Below are positions 38,876 to 48,948 of a DNA stretch of 64,000 nt, in pieces. Below the pieces are notes generated by a model. The model was not told the origin of the DNA and ran no database searches. It saw only the letters and a list, made by a program, of their open reading frames with translations. Positions within the stretch are counted from its first letter, which is position 1; each line of letters opens with the position of its first letter. The position numbers and the translations under genes are program-made. The DNA comes from an uncultured SAR86 cluster bacterium (GTDB lineage Bacteria > Pseudomonadota > Gammaproteobacteria > Magnimaribacterales > D2472): positions 82,012 through 146,011 of the forward strand of contig CACNRI010000004.1 of the NCBI GenBank assembly GCA_902622845.1. Reading direction: 5' to 3'.

Positions 38876-39817
38876 TTATTTACCTCTTTTTTTTATGAAC
38901 ACAGCAGATTTTGACCAGTTCATATGGTTTTGTGCAGGCATAATTCCAATGTAGTTACCAGGAGACTTTATACTCTTAGTGATGAGAGTATGTGCGCCAA
39001 CAGTTACATCATCACAAATTTGAAGGTGTCCAAGCACTCCTGAAAGACCTCCCATTTTAAAATTCTTTCCTATCTTAGTAGACCCAGCTATTGCACAACA
39101 TGCCGCAATAGCCGAATTAGATCCCAAAAAAACGTTGTGAGCTATATGAACCTGATTATCTAGCTTAACTCCATTAGAGATTATTGTATTTGATATAGCT
39201 CCCCTATCAATCGTGCAACCAGCTCCAATTTCAACATTATTTCCAATTTCTAAGCCTCCCAACTGTTCTATTTTTTTATAACCATCTTTTTCAGGGGCAA
39301 ATCCAAATCCATCAGAACCCAAGACAGAGTTTGGATGAATTATACAATCCTGCCCAATTGAAACATCTTTTAGGATTGTTGAGTTTGGATAAATAATCGT
39401 ATGATCTCCTATTTTACAGTTCTCACCAATGTAAGCATTGGGGCCAACTTTGACTCCTTTTCCTAAAGTTGCTGAATCATGCACAAAAGTGCTTTCTTTG
39501 AAAAACCCATTTGAAAAATCAATTTCCTCACTAAAAAGCTTAGATAATTTTGCAAACGCAAGGTAGGGATCAGAGGATATAAGATAAGTAGTTTTAATAT
39601 TTGTCTTAATATTTTCTTTAAGGATAACTGCTGAAGCATTTGTCTTCTCTAAAAGTTTGTTATAACTGGGGTTTGATAGAAAAGTAATAGAGCCCTCTTG
39701 GGCACTTTCTATTGAGGCGATTTCATGTATTTCTAAATCTGCATCTCCGACTATCGATGCATCGATATATTCGGAGATGAATTTAATTGTATATTTCTTT
39801 TTTTCAGATCCCGACAC
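38876..39817 (-). CDS. lpxD: UDP-3-O-acylglucosamine N-acyltransferase
   Basis: 313 aa with an N-terminal uridine-binding domain plus hexapeptide repeats. Its start shares 1 nt with the skp stop. Confidence 0.93.
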   Translation of the reverse strand: MSGSEKKKYTIKFISEYIDASIVGDADLEIHEIASIESAQEGSITFLSNPSYNKLLEKTNASAVILKENIKTNIKTTYLISSDPYLAFAKLSKLFSEEIDFSNGFFKESTFVHDSATLGKGVKVGPNAYIGENCKIGDHTIIYPNSTILKDVSIGQDCIIHPNSVLGSDGFGFAPEKDGYKKIEQLGGLEIGNNVEIGAGCTIDRGAISNTIISNGVKLDNQVHIAHNVFLGSNSAIAACCAIAGSTKIGKNFKMGGLSGVLGHLQICDDVTVGAHTLITKSIKSPGNYIGIMPAQNHMNWSKSAVFIKKRGK

Positions 39818-40350
39818 TAGTTAGATTCAGGTTCTGCATTTGCAGCTCCATCTAGCGCATCTGTAACTTGCTCAGTAATGCTCACAGAGCCATCGAAATA
39901 TAATGCTTGATCCGCACCAAGAAGTAGTTGAATTTTCTTAGCAACTATAAGGTCATTAATTATTTGCATCATAGCAGGATTTAATTGAGCTGCTACAACC
40001 TGAATGGTCTCATTCTGTTTAGCTTGAATTTTGCCTAAAATGAACTCTAAATCTGTTGCCTTTTCTTGAATGTCTTTCTGCAAACCTGCAATTTCTTCAT
40101 TTGAAAGTGTTTCTGCATCTTTTTGGAGAGTCTCAATTAAAGTTTGTCTCTCTGTTTGAAGCTCTTTAGCTTGTTCAACCATTGAAGCATATTCGCTCTC
40201 TTCTTCAAGTGCTTTAAAAGCATCTTGGGCAACTTGTGTTTGAAGTATTGCAGCTTGTGTATCTATAACAGCAACATTCTGTGCTAATGACGACATAGAA
40301 AATAAGCTAATAAATCCTAAGCATGCAATATATATAACTAATTTTTTCAT
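39817..40350 (-). CDS. skp: periplasmic chaperone Skp (OmpH)
   Basis: 177 aa with a signal peptide (…SSLAQN) and a long coiled-coil-like Q/E/A-rich body. It lies between bamA and lpxD. Confidence 0.8.
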   Translation of the reverse strand: MKKLVIYIACLGFISLFSMSSLAQNVAVIDTQAAILQTQVAQDAFKALEEESEYASMVEQAKELQTERQTLIETLQKDAETLSNEEIAGLQKDIQEKATDLEFILGKIQAKQNETIQVVAAQLNPAMMQIINDLIVAKKIQLLLGADQALYFDGSVSITEQVTDALDGAANAEPESN

Positions 40351-40411
40351 AATAGGCCCCTCTTTAAGTTTGTATATTCTATATTAAATTGCATATAAAT
40401 CACTAATAAAT

Positions 40412-42844
40412 TTAAAACACTGTACCAATGGTAAATTGGAATTCTTCAGTTCTTTCATATCTATCTTCATTGTAAGGTTTTGAAATTGCAAAACTCATTG
40501 GCCCAAATCCTGTAATCCATGTTAATCCTAGTCCTATAGAATATCTCAATTCTTCTAAACTTGGTTTATAACAACTAACTTGATAGTCCCTACAATCCAT
40601 TGAAAAAACATTTCCAAAGTCAAAAAAGAAAGCTGTTCTCATTGATCTTTGATCCTCGACCATTGGAAGCTTAAAAATTAATTGAGCACTTCCTTCTATT
40701 TTTACATCACCTCCAATTGGATCATCTCTTTGATAAACAATGCTCTGGTTATATGCAGGACTATCAGGCACACCATCAAAATTTGTATCAACAAGAGGTG
40801 GGCAAAGATCATTGATTGAATCAAATCCATAACAAGGAGTTGGAGTAGCTCTTGGTCCAAGCGTGTTCGATTCAAACCCTCTTAACGATCTTGGGCCTCC
40901 AGCATAAAAATGCTGAAAAAATGGAACAATTTTTGTATCATCATAGGGAGCTAAATAACCAATCTCTCCCTGGAAACCGAAAACAAGATCCCAAAAATTC
41001 AATGGTTGGTAAAATTTTTGCCTAATATTTAATTTATAGTAATTTATATCGCTTAAAGGTAGGGTAGCCAAGAATAATGCTTCTGTAGATGCACCGTCTG
41101 TTGGAAACATTCCCCTGTTTAAGGTTATTCTTGACCATACAGCCTGAGCTGAGAATGTTTGGAACGTATTTCCCTCCTCTACTAAGAAGTCAAGGATATC
41201 TCTTACCGGGATTGTTCCTTGATCAATTTCAGTATTATCATATGTTAGATTTAAGCCAATCCTTTGTGTATCTGATATCGGGTAACCAAACTGAATGCCA
41301 AGTCCTTGAGAGTCACTTGTATAGTTGGCAATATTGAATTCACCATAATCAGTTTTTCTATAGTAAAGGCTATATCCCCTGCTTACTCCATCGATTGTAA
41401 AATATGGATCATAATATGATAGGTTGTATACTTCCTGATAAATGCTTTTGTTAATTGCTATTCCTACCGAGTTTCCTGTTCCTAAAAAGTTTCTCTCTTG
41501 AAGATTAAATCCCACCATCAATCCAAAATCGCTGTATCCTAAATTTCCTCCAACATTTCCCGTTGTCTCCTCTTCAACTCTAAATTTAACGTCTATTTGA
41601 TCATCAGTTCCTGGCACAGGAACTGTTTCAACATTAACCTCTTTGAAAAAACCTAGTCTCTCTAGTCTGACTCTTGACTGCTCAATCTTATCGTCAGATG
41701 CCCAAGCACCCTCAAATTGGCGCATTTCTCTTCTTAGAACATCATCTTGAGTAATCTCATTTCCTTCAAACAAAATTTTTCTTGTATAAGTCCTTTTTCC
41801 TGGATCTATAACAAAATTTAAATCAACTTCTAACATTTCTTGATCGATGTTTGGTTGACCTTTAACTGATGCAAAAGCATAACCTTCGTTGCCTAACAAA
41901 CTTGTAAAAATTTCTTCGATTTGAGTAATTTGTGCCTGGGAGTATGTTATATCTTTTTGACTATCTATGATTGGATTAATAAAATCTTCATTTACTGGCA
42001 TATCTCCAACGATTCTTACATCATTTATCGTATATTGAGGTCCCTCGGAAATAATATAAGTAATATAAATACTACTTCTATCTCTAGAAATACTCACTTG
42101 GCTAGATTCGATAGAGAACTCAAGATATCCTCTATCAAGATAATAAGATTCTAGATTTTCTAAATCCCCTTGGAGTTTTTCTCTTGAGTATTGGTTATCA
42201 TTTGAAAGAAAAGATAGCCAGCTTCCCTCACTTAACTCCATTACATCAAGTAAATCTTCATCATTAAAAATACTGTTCCCGAGAATAGTTATGCCATCGA
42301 TTTTTGCACTTTCTCCTTCATCAATCTCAATCGCAATAGATACCCTGTTTCTAGGTTGAGGACTTTCAGATATTTCTACCCCGGCACCATATCTTCCTTG
42401 TGAAGAATATGATCTTACTAATTCAGCTTTCATTCTTTCAAGAGTTGATCTTTTATAAACTTGTCCCTCAGTAATTCCTATTCCATCAAAACTCTCCAAT
42501 AAAACTTCAGTTTTCAAAGCACTGTTACCAGATATATCAATTGAAGAAATTGAGGGTCTTTCTACTACTGAAATGATTAATGCATTTCCGTCTCGGCTAA
42601 TTTGTATATCATCAAATTGTTCAGTAGAAAAAAGTGCTCTTGTGATGTCCACAATTTTACGGTCATCAATTTTATCTCCAACAGAAATCGGGATCGTATT
42701 AAAAATACTACCTGTGGAAACTCTTTGAAGCCCCGCAATACGGATATCGTTAACAATGAATGCCTCAAATGCCAAAACAGTTGTTATATTTAAAAGGAAA
42801 AATAATGTGAAGAAAGATTTTAAATTATTTTTCAACCTATCCAC
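40412..42844 (-). CDS. bamA: outer membrane protein assembly factor BamA
   Basis: 810 aa with a signal peptide, five POTRA-length repeats, VRGF-type loop 6 (LRGFESNTLGP) and a C-terminal beta-barrel ending ...QFTIGTVF. Confidence 0.93.
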   Translation of the reverse strand: MDRLKNNLKSFFTLFFLLNITTVLAFEAFIVNDIRIAGLQRVSTGSIFNTIPISVGDKIDDRKIVDITRALFSTEQFDDIQISRDGNALIISVVERPSISSIDISGNSALKTEVLLESFDGIGITEGQVYKRSTLERMKAELVRSYSSQGRYGAGVEISESPQPRNRVSIAIEIDEGESAKIDGITILGNSIFNDEDLLDVMELSEGSWLSFLSNDNQYSREKLQGDLENLESYYLDRGYLEFSIESSQVSISRDRSSIYITYIISEGPQYTINDVRIVGDMPVNEDFINPIIDSQKDITYSQAQITQIEEIFTSLLGNEGYAFASVKGQPNIDQEMLEVDLNFVIDPGKRTYTRKILFEGNEITQDDVLRREMRQFEGAWASDDKIEQSRVRLERLGFFKEVNVETVPVPGTDDQIDVKFRVEEETTGNVGGNLGYSDFGLMVGFNLQERNFLGTGNSVGIAINKSIYQEVYNLSYYDPYFTIDGVSRGYSLYYRKTDYGEFNIANYTSDSQGLGIQFGYPISDTQRIGLNLTYDNTEIDQGTIPVRDILDFLVEEGNTFQTFSAQAVWSRITLNRGMFPTDGASTEALFLATLPLSDINYYKLNIRQKFYQPLNFWDLVFGFQGEIGYLAPYDDTKIVPFFQHFYAGGPRSLRGFESNTLGPRATPTPCYGFDSINDLCPPLVDTNFDGVPDSPAYNQSIVYQRDDPIGGDVKIEGSAQLIFKLPMVEDQRSMRTAFFFDFGNVFSMDCRDYQVSCYKPSLEELRYSIGLGLTWITGFGPMSFAISKPYNEDRYERTEEFQFTIGTVF

Positions 42845-44166
42845 CTAAAAATATCATTTGTAACTGCAAAAACTAGAAGGAACCCTACCATTAAAGCACC
42901 TAACGTGTATGCAAAATTTTCAACTCTTGCAGGAAGTGGCTCTCCTCGAATTGCCTCTATAGCAAGCATAGTTAACTGGCCACCATCCAGCACAGGAATT
43001 GGAAGAAGATTAAGAACACCTAAACTTATGCTTAGAATTGCCATTAAGTACAAGAAGGGAAGAAAGCCTGCGCTAAAAGCTTCGCCAGACATTTTTGCAA
43101 TCCCGACTGGGCCGCTTAGATTTTCAGCTCCCATATTTCCTGTGATCATTTTACCGATGAATAAAAGCGTCTTTATACTTAAGTTATAGGTATCTTTTAC
43201 AGATTTAGCAAATGCATCAAACAGTGTTCTTTTATATGCAGCTGAGATACCAAGGATTGGAGTCCCCCCTTCGGATATTTCGGGACTAATTAAAAAGCTC
43301 TTGATTTGGTTATCTCTTTGTATAACTAGATTTATGCTTGTATTTGATTCGCTGCTAATGATTTCTGATACTTGTTCAAAATTACTTATGCTTTTACCAT
43401 TTATTTCAATAATTTTATCTCCTACTTCTAACCCAGCTAGTAAGGCAGGTCCTTGCCTTGTTAGTGATCCAATTTCAGGAGAAATATTTGAGCTAAAATC
43501 AATTGGGAAAAATCTCTCTGGCTCTTGTTGCTGTTCTGATGAACTTAAAAAGTTTACTACACTGATATCTCTATAAAATATTTCCGAAGTTCGAAAATCT
43601 TTAAAGCCAACATTTATTTCTCCTGTTAAGCCGGCGTTTGCAAGAAGTGCTAATCTTAAGTCAGTAGGGTTAGTGATTTTTTCTCCATTTATTGATACAA
43701 GGGCATCATCTTTATTAATATCACCTGATATAGATGAGTTTGCTGTGTATTCAGTCTTTACAAGAAATATTGGTTTTACAGTTTGTTGTGATGAAAATAT
43801 AAATGTAAAGATTATTACTGCCAAAATAAAGTTAGCTAAGGGTCCTGCGAACATAACTGCTGCTCTTTGCCATCTTGGCTTAGTTTCAAATAAGTTATCT
43901 AGCTGCTCATCAGTAAACTGTTTTCTCATTTCAGGTTCTGCATCTAAAGCTTTCTTAGATAAATAAGATACATAGCCTCCTAAAGGCAATGCAGATAAAG
44001 CAAATTCAGTACCCTTTTTATCTTTCTTTTTATATATAACTGGGCCCATTCCAACTGAAAATCTATCAACATGTACTTTGCACATTCTTAGAACAAAGAA
44101 GTGACCTCCCTCATGTATCACAACAAGAACGCCAAGAAGGATTATAAAAGCTATCAGAGTTATCAT
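42832..44166 (-). CDS. rseP: sigma-E protease RseP (site-2 zinc metalloprotease)
   Basis: 444 aa with HEGGHF (HExxH) in TM1, PDZ regions, and the LNLLPIPVLDGG motif. Confidence 0.9.
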   Translation of the reverse strand: MITLIAFIILLGVLVVIHEGGHFFVLRMCKVHVDRFSVGMGPVIYKKKDKKGTEFALSALPLGGYVSYLSKKALDAEPEMRKQFTDEQLDNLFETKPRWQRAAVMFAGPLANFILAVIIFTFIFSSQQTVKPIFLVKTEYTANSSISGDINKDDALVSINGEKITNPTDLRLALLANAGLTGEINVGFKDFRTSEIFYRDISVVNFLSSSEQQQEPERFFPIDFSSNISPEIGSLTRQGPALLAGLEVGDKIIEINGKSISNFEQVSEIISSESNTSINLVIQRDNQIKSFLISPEISEGGTPILGISAAYKRTLFDAFAKSVKDTYNLSIKTLLFIGKMITGNMGAENLSGPVGIAKMSGEAFSAGFLPFLYLMAILSISLGVLNLLPIPVLDGGQLTMLAIEAIRGEPLPARVENFAYTLGALMVGFLLVFAVTNDIFRWIG

Positions 44167-44173
44167 AAGTGTT

Positions 44174-45322
44174 TTAAGTTATTGATTTTATCACCATATT
44201 AGATATATTGCGTGCCTCCTCATCAATTTCAAAAATATCTTCTATACTATTAAACTTTGACATCTCTTTTATATCAAAAGTTCGTAAAATTACTTCATAT
44301 ATTTGTGTAAATGAAATCCTATTCTTAAGAAAATTTTCTACTGCAACCTCGTTAGCAGCATTAAAAAAGATTCCCTTTGAGCTCTCTTCACGAACAGCCT
44401 CTCTAGCCAGCTGAACAATTTGACTTCTATCATTTGGAAAGCTTTCAAAGTTAAGCTTGAGATTATTAAAATCAATGGGCTGGAACGGGATTGAAAGTCT
44501 ATTATCATATGACATTGCATTAGCAATAGGTATACGCATATCTGGATTACTCATTTGGCAAATTGAAGATCCATCATTAAATGTAACTATCGAATGAACA
44601 ATGCTCTCAGGATGGATTACAAGCTCAAAGAAGCTCTCATCCATATCAAATAAATAACTTGCTTCAATGAGTTCCAAACACTTATTTACAAGAGTAGCTG
44701 AATCTATCGAAATCTTTGATCCCATTTCCCAGTTAGGGTGATTGAGCGCATCTTGGACTTCAACATTATTGAGTTCATCTATATTCCTTCCGTGAAAGGG
44801 CCCTCCTGAAGCGGTAATGACAATTTGCTTAACATCTTGTGTTGATCTAGATTCAGGTAAGCATTGGAAAATAGCATTATGCTCGCTATCAATTGGGATC
44901 AGTTCGGTATTATTTTCTCTTACTATTTCCATCAGTAATGATCCGCCTGCCACAATACTTTCTTTATTGGCAAGAAGGATCTTTTTACCTGATTTTGCTG
45001 CATGAAAAGTCGACTTAATTCCAGCAAAACCTGATATGGCTGAGATTACAATATCAACATCACTTGAATTGAAGATATCGGAAAGCTCTTTCTCATCTTC
45101 AAAAATAACTGCATCTTCGGTTTTTAGTATATTTTCTTTTGCTGATTTATCATTTATGTATATGTACTTTGGATTATACTTTTTGATAATCTTGTTAGCC
45201 TTTTCAACATTACTGTTTAACGAAATGCCTACTAGTTCAAAGTTTTCTTTATTTGAGTCGATAACAGATAGAGCATTTTCTCCAATACTCCCAGACGCAC
45301 CAAGAATGAATATCTTTTTCAA
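44174..45322 (-). CDS. dxr: 1-deoxy-D-xylulose-5-phosphate reductoisomerase
   Basis: 382 aa with LGASGSIG, LANKESIV, PIDSEHNAIFQC and HPNWEMG. Confidence 0.95.
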   Translation of the reverse strand: MKKIFILGASGSIGENALSVIDSNKENFELVGISLNSNVEKANKIIKKYNPKYIYINDKSAKENILKTEDAVIFEDEKELSDIFNSSDVDIVISAISGFAGIKSTFHAAKSGKKILLANKESIVAGGSLLMEIVRENNTELIPIDSEHNAIFQCLPESRSTQDVKQIVITASGGPFHGRNIDELNNVEVQDALNHPNWEMGSKISIDSATLVNKCLELIEASYLFDMDESFFELVIHPESIVHSIVTFNDGSSICQMSNPDMRIPIANAMSYDNRLSIPFQPIDFNNLKLNFESFPNDRSQIVQLAREAVREESSKGIFFNAANEVAVENFLKNRISFTQIYEVILRTFDIKEMSKFNSIEDIFEIDEEARNISNMVIKSIT

Positions 45323-46149
45323 AAGTATGATCCTGCTGTTTGTAAGAGAAGTAAAAAAAATAAAGTCATTGGAATTGCCGCTAAATGAGAGTCAACTCTG
45401 TCGAGTAAACCTCCATGCCCCGGAAGGATACTACCTGTATCTTTAACATCTGCCTTTCTTTTTAAAAAGCTAAAAAAATAGTCTCCGCATAATGCGAATG
45501 GGATTGTAAGAATCATTGTTAATGCGAGTACAAGAGAAATCTCTTCTAAGAATAAGTATGCAAATATAACAAAAAATAAACTAGACATGAGGCCACCGAT
45601 TAATCCTTCGATGGTTTTGTTAGGACTTAGCTTTGGAAGAAATGAATTTTTTCCTAGGCTTTTACCAATAATATATGCACCGGTATCAAAAACTGCAATA
45701 TTAAAAATAACTGCTAATAGAAATATTCTAGATCCGGTTACTAATTGAAAACATACCAAACAAAAAGTAGATATTAATAGCAAACCAATCCAAAAATTAT
45801 TAAATGCAAAATTTGAAGATAAACGCCCTTGCTTAAAGAATATTTGATAAGCAACTACAATCCAAACCGTTATTCCCAACATTGTTATAAATGATATTGG
45901 TTCAAATAATCCACCAAAATATTGATTGGAGCTTATTAGGATAATAAACAATATTAAAAAAATTAATCTCTTTCCATTACTTGATTTTGAAACTGACATC
46001 CATTCGAAGAAAAGAGCCAAAGAAAGTATAGAAATGAAAATATTCAAAATCAAATTTGATGAGTAAAGGATCAAAGTGATAACAATAGCTGAAATAAAAA
46101 TTGCAGTTATTGAGCGCTGTAAAAATTCTTGTTTAAGTTCGCTCACCAA
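45319..46149 (-). CDS. cdsA: phosphatidate cytidylyltransferase
   Basis: 276 aa and polytopic, with the signature SFLKRKADVKDTGSILPGHGGLLDRVDS. Confidence 0.88.
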   Translation of the reverse strand: MVSELKQEFLQRSITAIFISAIVITLILYSSNLILNIFISILSLALFFEWMSVSKSSNGKRLIFLILFIILISSNQYFGGLFEPISFITMLGITVWIVVAYQIFFKQGRLSSNFAFNNFWIGLLLISTFCLVCFQLVTGSRIFLLAVIFNIAVFDTGAYIIGKSLGKNSFLPKLSPNKTIEGLIGGLMSSLFFVIFAYLFLEEISLVLALTMILTIPFALCGDYFFSFLKRKADVKDTGSILPGHGGLLDRVDSHLAAIPMTLFFLLLLQTAGSYF

Positions 46150-46819
46150 ATCTTCGCTCCGAATTAAAATATTTATTTATGCTTCTTTTAAAATCCTGTT
46201 TTGAATAATCTGGCCAGAGTTTTTTAACAAAATGAATTTCGGAATAAGCTATTTGATATAAGAGAAAATTGCTTATCCTTGTATCTCCTCCAGTTCTAAT
46301 TAGTAAATCAATGCTGGATTCAGGAACTTGCGATAATTCATTAATTGTACGTTCATTGATATCAGATGCTTTAATTTTCAGTCTAGATACCTCTCTAGCA
46401 ATATTAATCATATCCATTTTACCACCATATCCAAGTGCTACATTCAGTCTTAGTTTAGGTTTATTACTGAAAGATTTCTCTTCAGCAAATTTGATTTTTT
46501 CATAAGTTTTTTTGCCAAAATTAGAATAGTCGCCAAAAAATCTGACTTTTACCTTTTGCTCAATTAACTCATCCAGCTCATTATTAATACTATTAACAAT
46601 AAGATTATTTATGGCTTTTACTTCAGACTTTGGTCTTTTCCAATTTTCCGTGCTGAATGCATAAACCGTAAGAGATTCAATATTTTGATTAACTGATTCC
46701 TTAACTATTTCCTTGAGTGCTGATACTCCCCTAGCATGACCTTCTTTAATTTGAAGATTATTTTTTTTTGCCCAACGCCCATTACCATCCATAATGATAG
46801 CTATATTTTTCAGGTTCAT
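46133..46819 (-). CDS. uppS: undecaprenyl diphosphate synthase
   Basis: 228 aa with IIMDGNGRWAKK, TVYAFSTENWKRP and IRTGGDTRISNFLLYQ. Confidence 0.93.
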   Translation of the reverse strand: MNLKNIAIIMDGNGRWAKKNNLQIKEGHARGVSALKEIVKESVNQNIESLTVYAFSTENWKRPKSEVKAINNLIVNSINNELDELIEQKVKVRFFGDYSNFGKKTYEKIKFAEEKSFSNKPKLRLNVALGYGGKMDMINIAREVSRLKIKASDINERTINELSQVPESSIDLLIRTGGDTRISNFLLYQIAYSEIHFVKKLWPDYSKQDFKRSINKYFNSERRFGERT

Positions 46820-46827
46820 TTTTATGA

Positions 46828-47382
46828 CTAGATTTGAATTAAATCGTCTTCTTTGTGCTTAAGTTGATCATCTATCATAGATATAAATTTATCTGTGATT
46901 TCTTGGATTTCTACCTCCAAATCTCTTAATTCATCATCAGATAGCTCACTTTTCGTGTTTAAATCTCTAGCGGATTGATTACTGTCGCGTCTGACGCTTC
47001 TTATAGAAATTCTTGCGTTTTCAGCCTCAGTCCTAGCTTGTTTAATATAGTCTTGTCTAGTTTCCTCAGTGAGAGCTGGCATTGTTATTCTAATGAGATC
47101 GCCAGATGAGCTTGGGTTTAACCCAAGATCAGAAGAAATTATAGCCTTTTCGATTTCTGGCATTAGTGTCTTATCCCATGGAGATATTACTAATGTTCTA
47201 TTTTCTTCAACGCTTATATTTGCAGTTTGATTAATAGGCGTTTGATTACCGTAGTAATCAACTTTTACAGAGTCCAATATAGAAGGGTTAGCCCTTCCAG
47301 TTCTAATTTTATTAAATTGATTTGATAAAGAATCCATGCACTTTTGCATTCTTTCAGTAGTCTCATCTTTTATTGTATTCAT
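46828..47382 (-). CDS. frr: ribosome recycling factor
   Basis: 184 aa with a typical RRF sequence (IRTGRANPSILD...). ATGA overlap with pyrH. Confidence 0.95.
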   Translation of the reverse strand: MNTIKDETTERMQKCMDSLSNQFNKIRTGRANPSILDSVKVDYYGNQTPINQTANISVEENRTLVISPWDKTLMPEIEKAIISSDLGLNPSSSGDLIRITMPALTEETRQDYIKQARTEAENARISIRSVRRDSNQSARDLNTKSELSDDELRDLEVEIQEITDKFISMIDDQLKHKEDDLIQI

Positions 47383-48092
47383 GATATTAATGTTCCTATA
47401 TCTTCCCCTTTAGCAATTGATGATAGCGAGTCCTCATCCTTCAAATTAAATACTTTAATTGGTAGCTTATGATCTTTTGCTAGCGTCAGGGCTGTACCAT
47501 CCATAATTCGAAGATTTTTTGAAATTGCTTCTTCAAAAGAAATATTTTTATAAAACTTTGCATTTGGATCTTTCTCGGGATCAGCTGAATATACACCATC
47601 AACTCTAGTAGCTTTTAGCATAATATCTGATTGAGTTTCTACCGCCCTAAGACAACCTGCGGTGTCAGTTGTAAAGAAAGGATTTCCAGTTCCCGCAGTA
47701 AATATTACTACGTATCCATCTTTAAGAAGCTGAATAGCTCTTCTTCTATCAAAATGCTCAACAAGTCCTGAAATTGAGAGAGCTGACATAACTCTTGTTT
47801 TAACATTCGCCCTTTCAAGAGCATCCCTTAAGGCAATACCATTCATCACAGTTGCTAACATTCCCATATGATCCCCAGCAACTCTATCCATTCCAGATTG
47901 ACTTAGCTTTTCTCCTCGAAATAAGTTTCCTCCACCTATAACTATTCCTATTTCGGCGCCAAGGTCTTTACATAATTTAATTGATACGGCCATTGAGTCT
48001 AAAATTTTAGGGTCAATGCCGATACCCTCTTCACCTGCAACAGATTCGCCACTGAACTTTACAAGAAGTCTTGAGTATTTTAAATCAGCCAT
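47379..48092 (-). CDS. pyrH: UMP kinase
   Basis: Contains RLLVKFSGE and GGGNLFRG. The ORF track starts at 48125, but Met12 (ATG 48092-48090, MADLKYSRLLVKFSGE) gives the usual length (~237 aa) and an 8-nt rather than 41-nt overlap with tsf. Confidence 0.93.
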   Translation of the reverse strand: MADLKYSRLLVKFSGESVAGEEGIGIDPKILDSMAVSIKLCKDLGAEIGIVIGGGNLFRGEKLSQSGMDRVAGDHMGMLATVMNGIALRDALERANVKTRVMSALSISGLVEHFDRRRAIQLLKDGYVVIFTAGTGNPFFTTDTAGCLRAVETQSDIMLKATRVDGVYSADPEKDPNAKFYKNISFEEAISKNLRIMDGTALTLAKDHKLPIKVFNLKDEDSLSSIAKGEDIGTLIS

Positions 48093-48948
48093 CTTTATTA
48101 AGTTGTTCAGCAACCTCCTCTGCAAAATCTTTTGAGGATACTTCTATGCCCTCGCCAACTTTGAATCTTTCAAATGAAATTACCTCATTATCGCTATTTT
48201 CAAGGAGTTTTGAAATAGAGGTATCAGGATCCTTTATAAAGTCTTGAGAAAGTAGTGTAACTTCTTTAAGAAATCTTTTTATCTTTCCTTGAACCATTTT
48301 TTGCATGATATTTTCGTCTTTGCCTGACTCCTTTGCTTGAGATTCAAAAATATTTGTCTCTCTTTCAAGAACTTCTTTATCAACCCCATCTTCATTTATT
48401 GATAAAGGAGCTGAAGCAGAAATATGCATAGCAATATCTCTTCCGAGTTCATCATTTTCTTCTTTTAATAAAACCATTGCAGCAAGTTTGTTATCAGAAT
48501 GAAGATAAGTCCCGACCTTTTTTGAACTATCAAATTCTTGGGTAGCCAATCTTCTTACTTGAATATTTTCTCCGATTGACTGTACAAGTTTTTGTCGATC
48601 TTCCTCAACATCTTTCTTTAAATCTTCTACATCAAGATATTTCTTGCTGACAAGTCTTTCTTCGATATTCTTTGCAAACTCAATGAAACTATCATCTTTA
48701 GCAGCAAAATCAGTTTCAGAGTTGATTTCAACCATAGTTGCATAATTTTCTGAAACATGAACTTTTATCACGCCATCTGCTGCCACTCGAGCCGATTTCT
48801 TTTCAGCCTTGAGAGCACTGTTAGAACGAAGAAGATCCAAAGCTTTTTCTATATCTCCCTCAACTTCTACTAAGGCTTTCTTGCATTCCATCATTCCAAC
48901 ACCAGAAAGTTCTCTTAGTTCTTTTACTTGGGATGCCTTTATTTCCAT
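48085..48948 (-). CDS. tsf: elongation factor Ts
   Basis: 287 aa with the N-terminal UBA-like LRELSGVGMMECKKAL. Its start shares 1 nt with the rpsB stop (TAATG). Confidence 0.95.
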   Translation of the reverse strand: MEIKASQVKELRELSGVGMMECKKALVEVEGDIEKALDLLRSNSALKAEKKSARVAADGVIKVHVSENYATMVEINSETDFAAKDDSFIEFAKNIEERLVSKKYLDVEDLKKDVEEDRQKLVQSIGENIQVRRLATQEFDSSKKVGTYLHSDNKLAAMVLLKEENDELGRDIAMHISASAPLSINEDGVDKEVLERETNIFESQAKESGKDENIMQKMVQGKIKRFLKEVTLLSQDFIKDPDTSISKLLENSDNEVISFERFKVGEGIEVSSKDFAEEVAEQLNKDG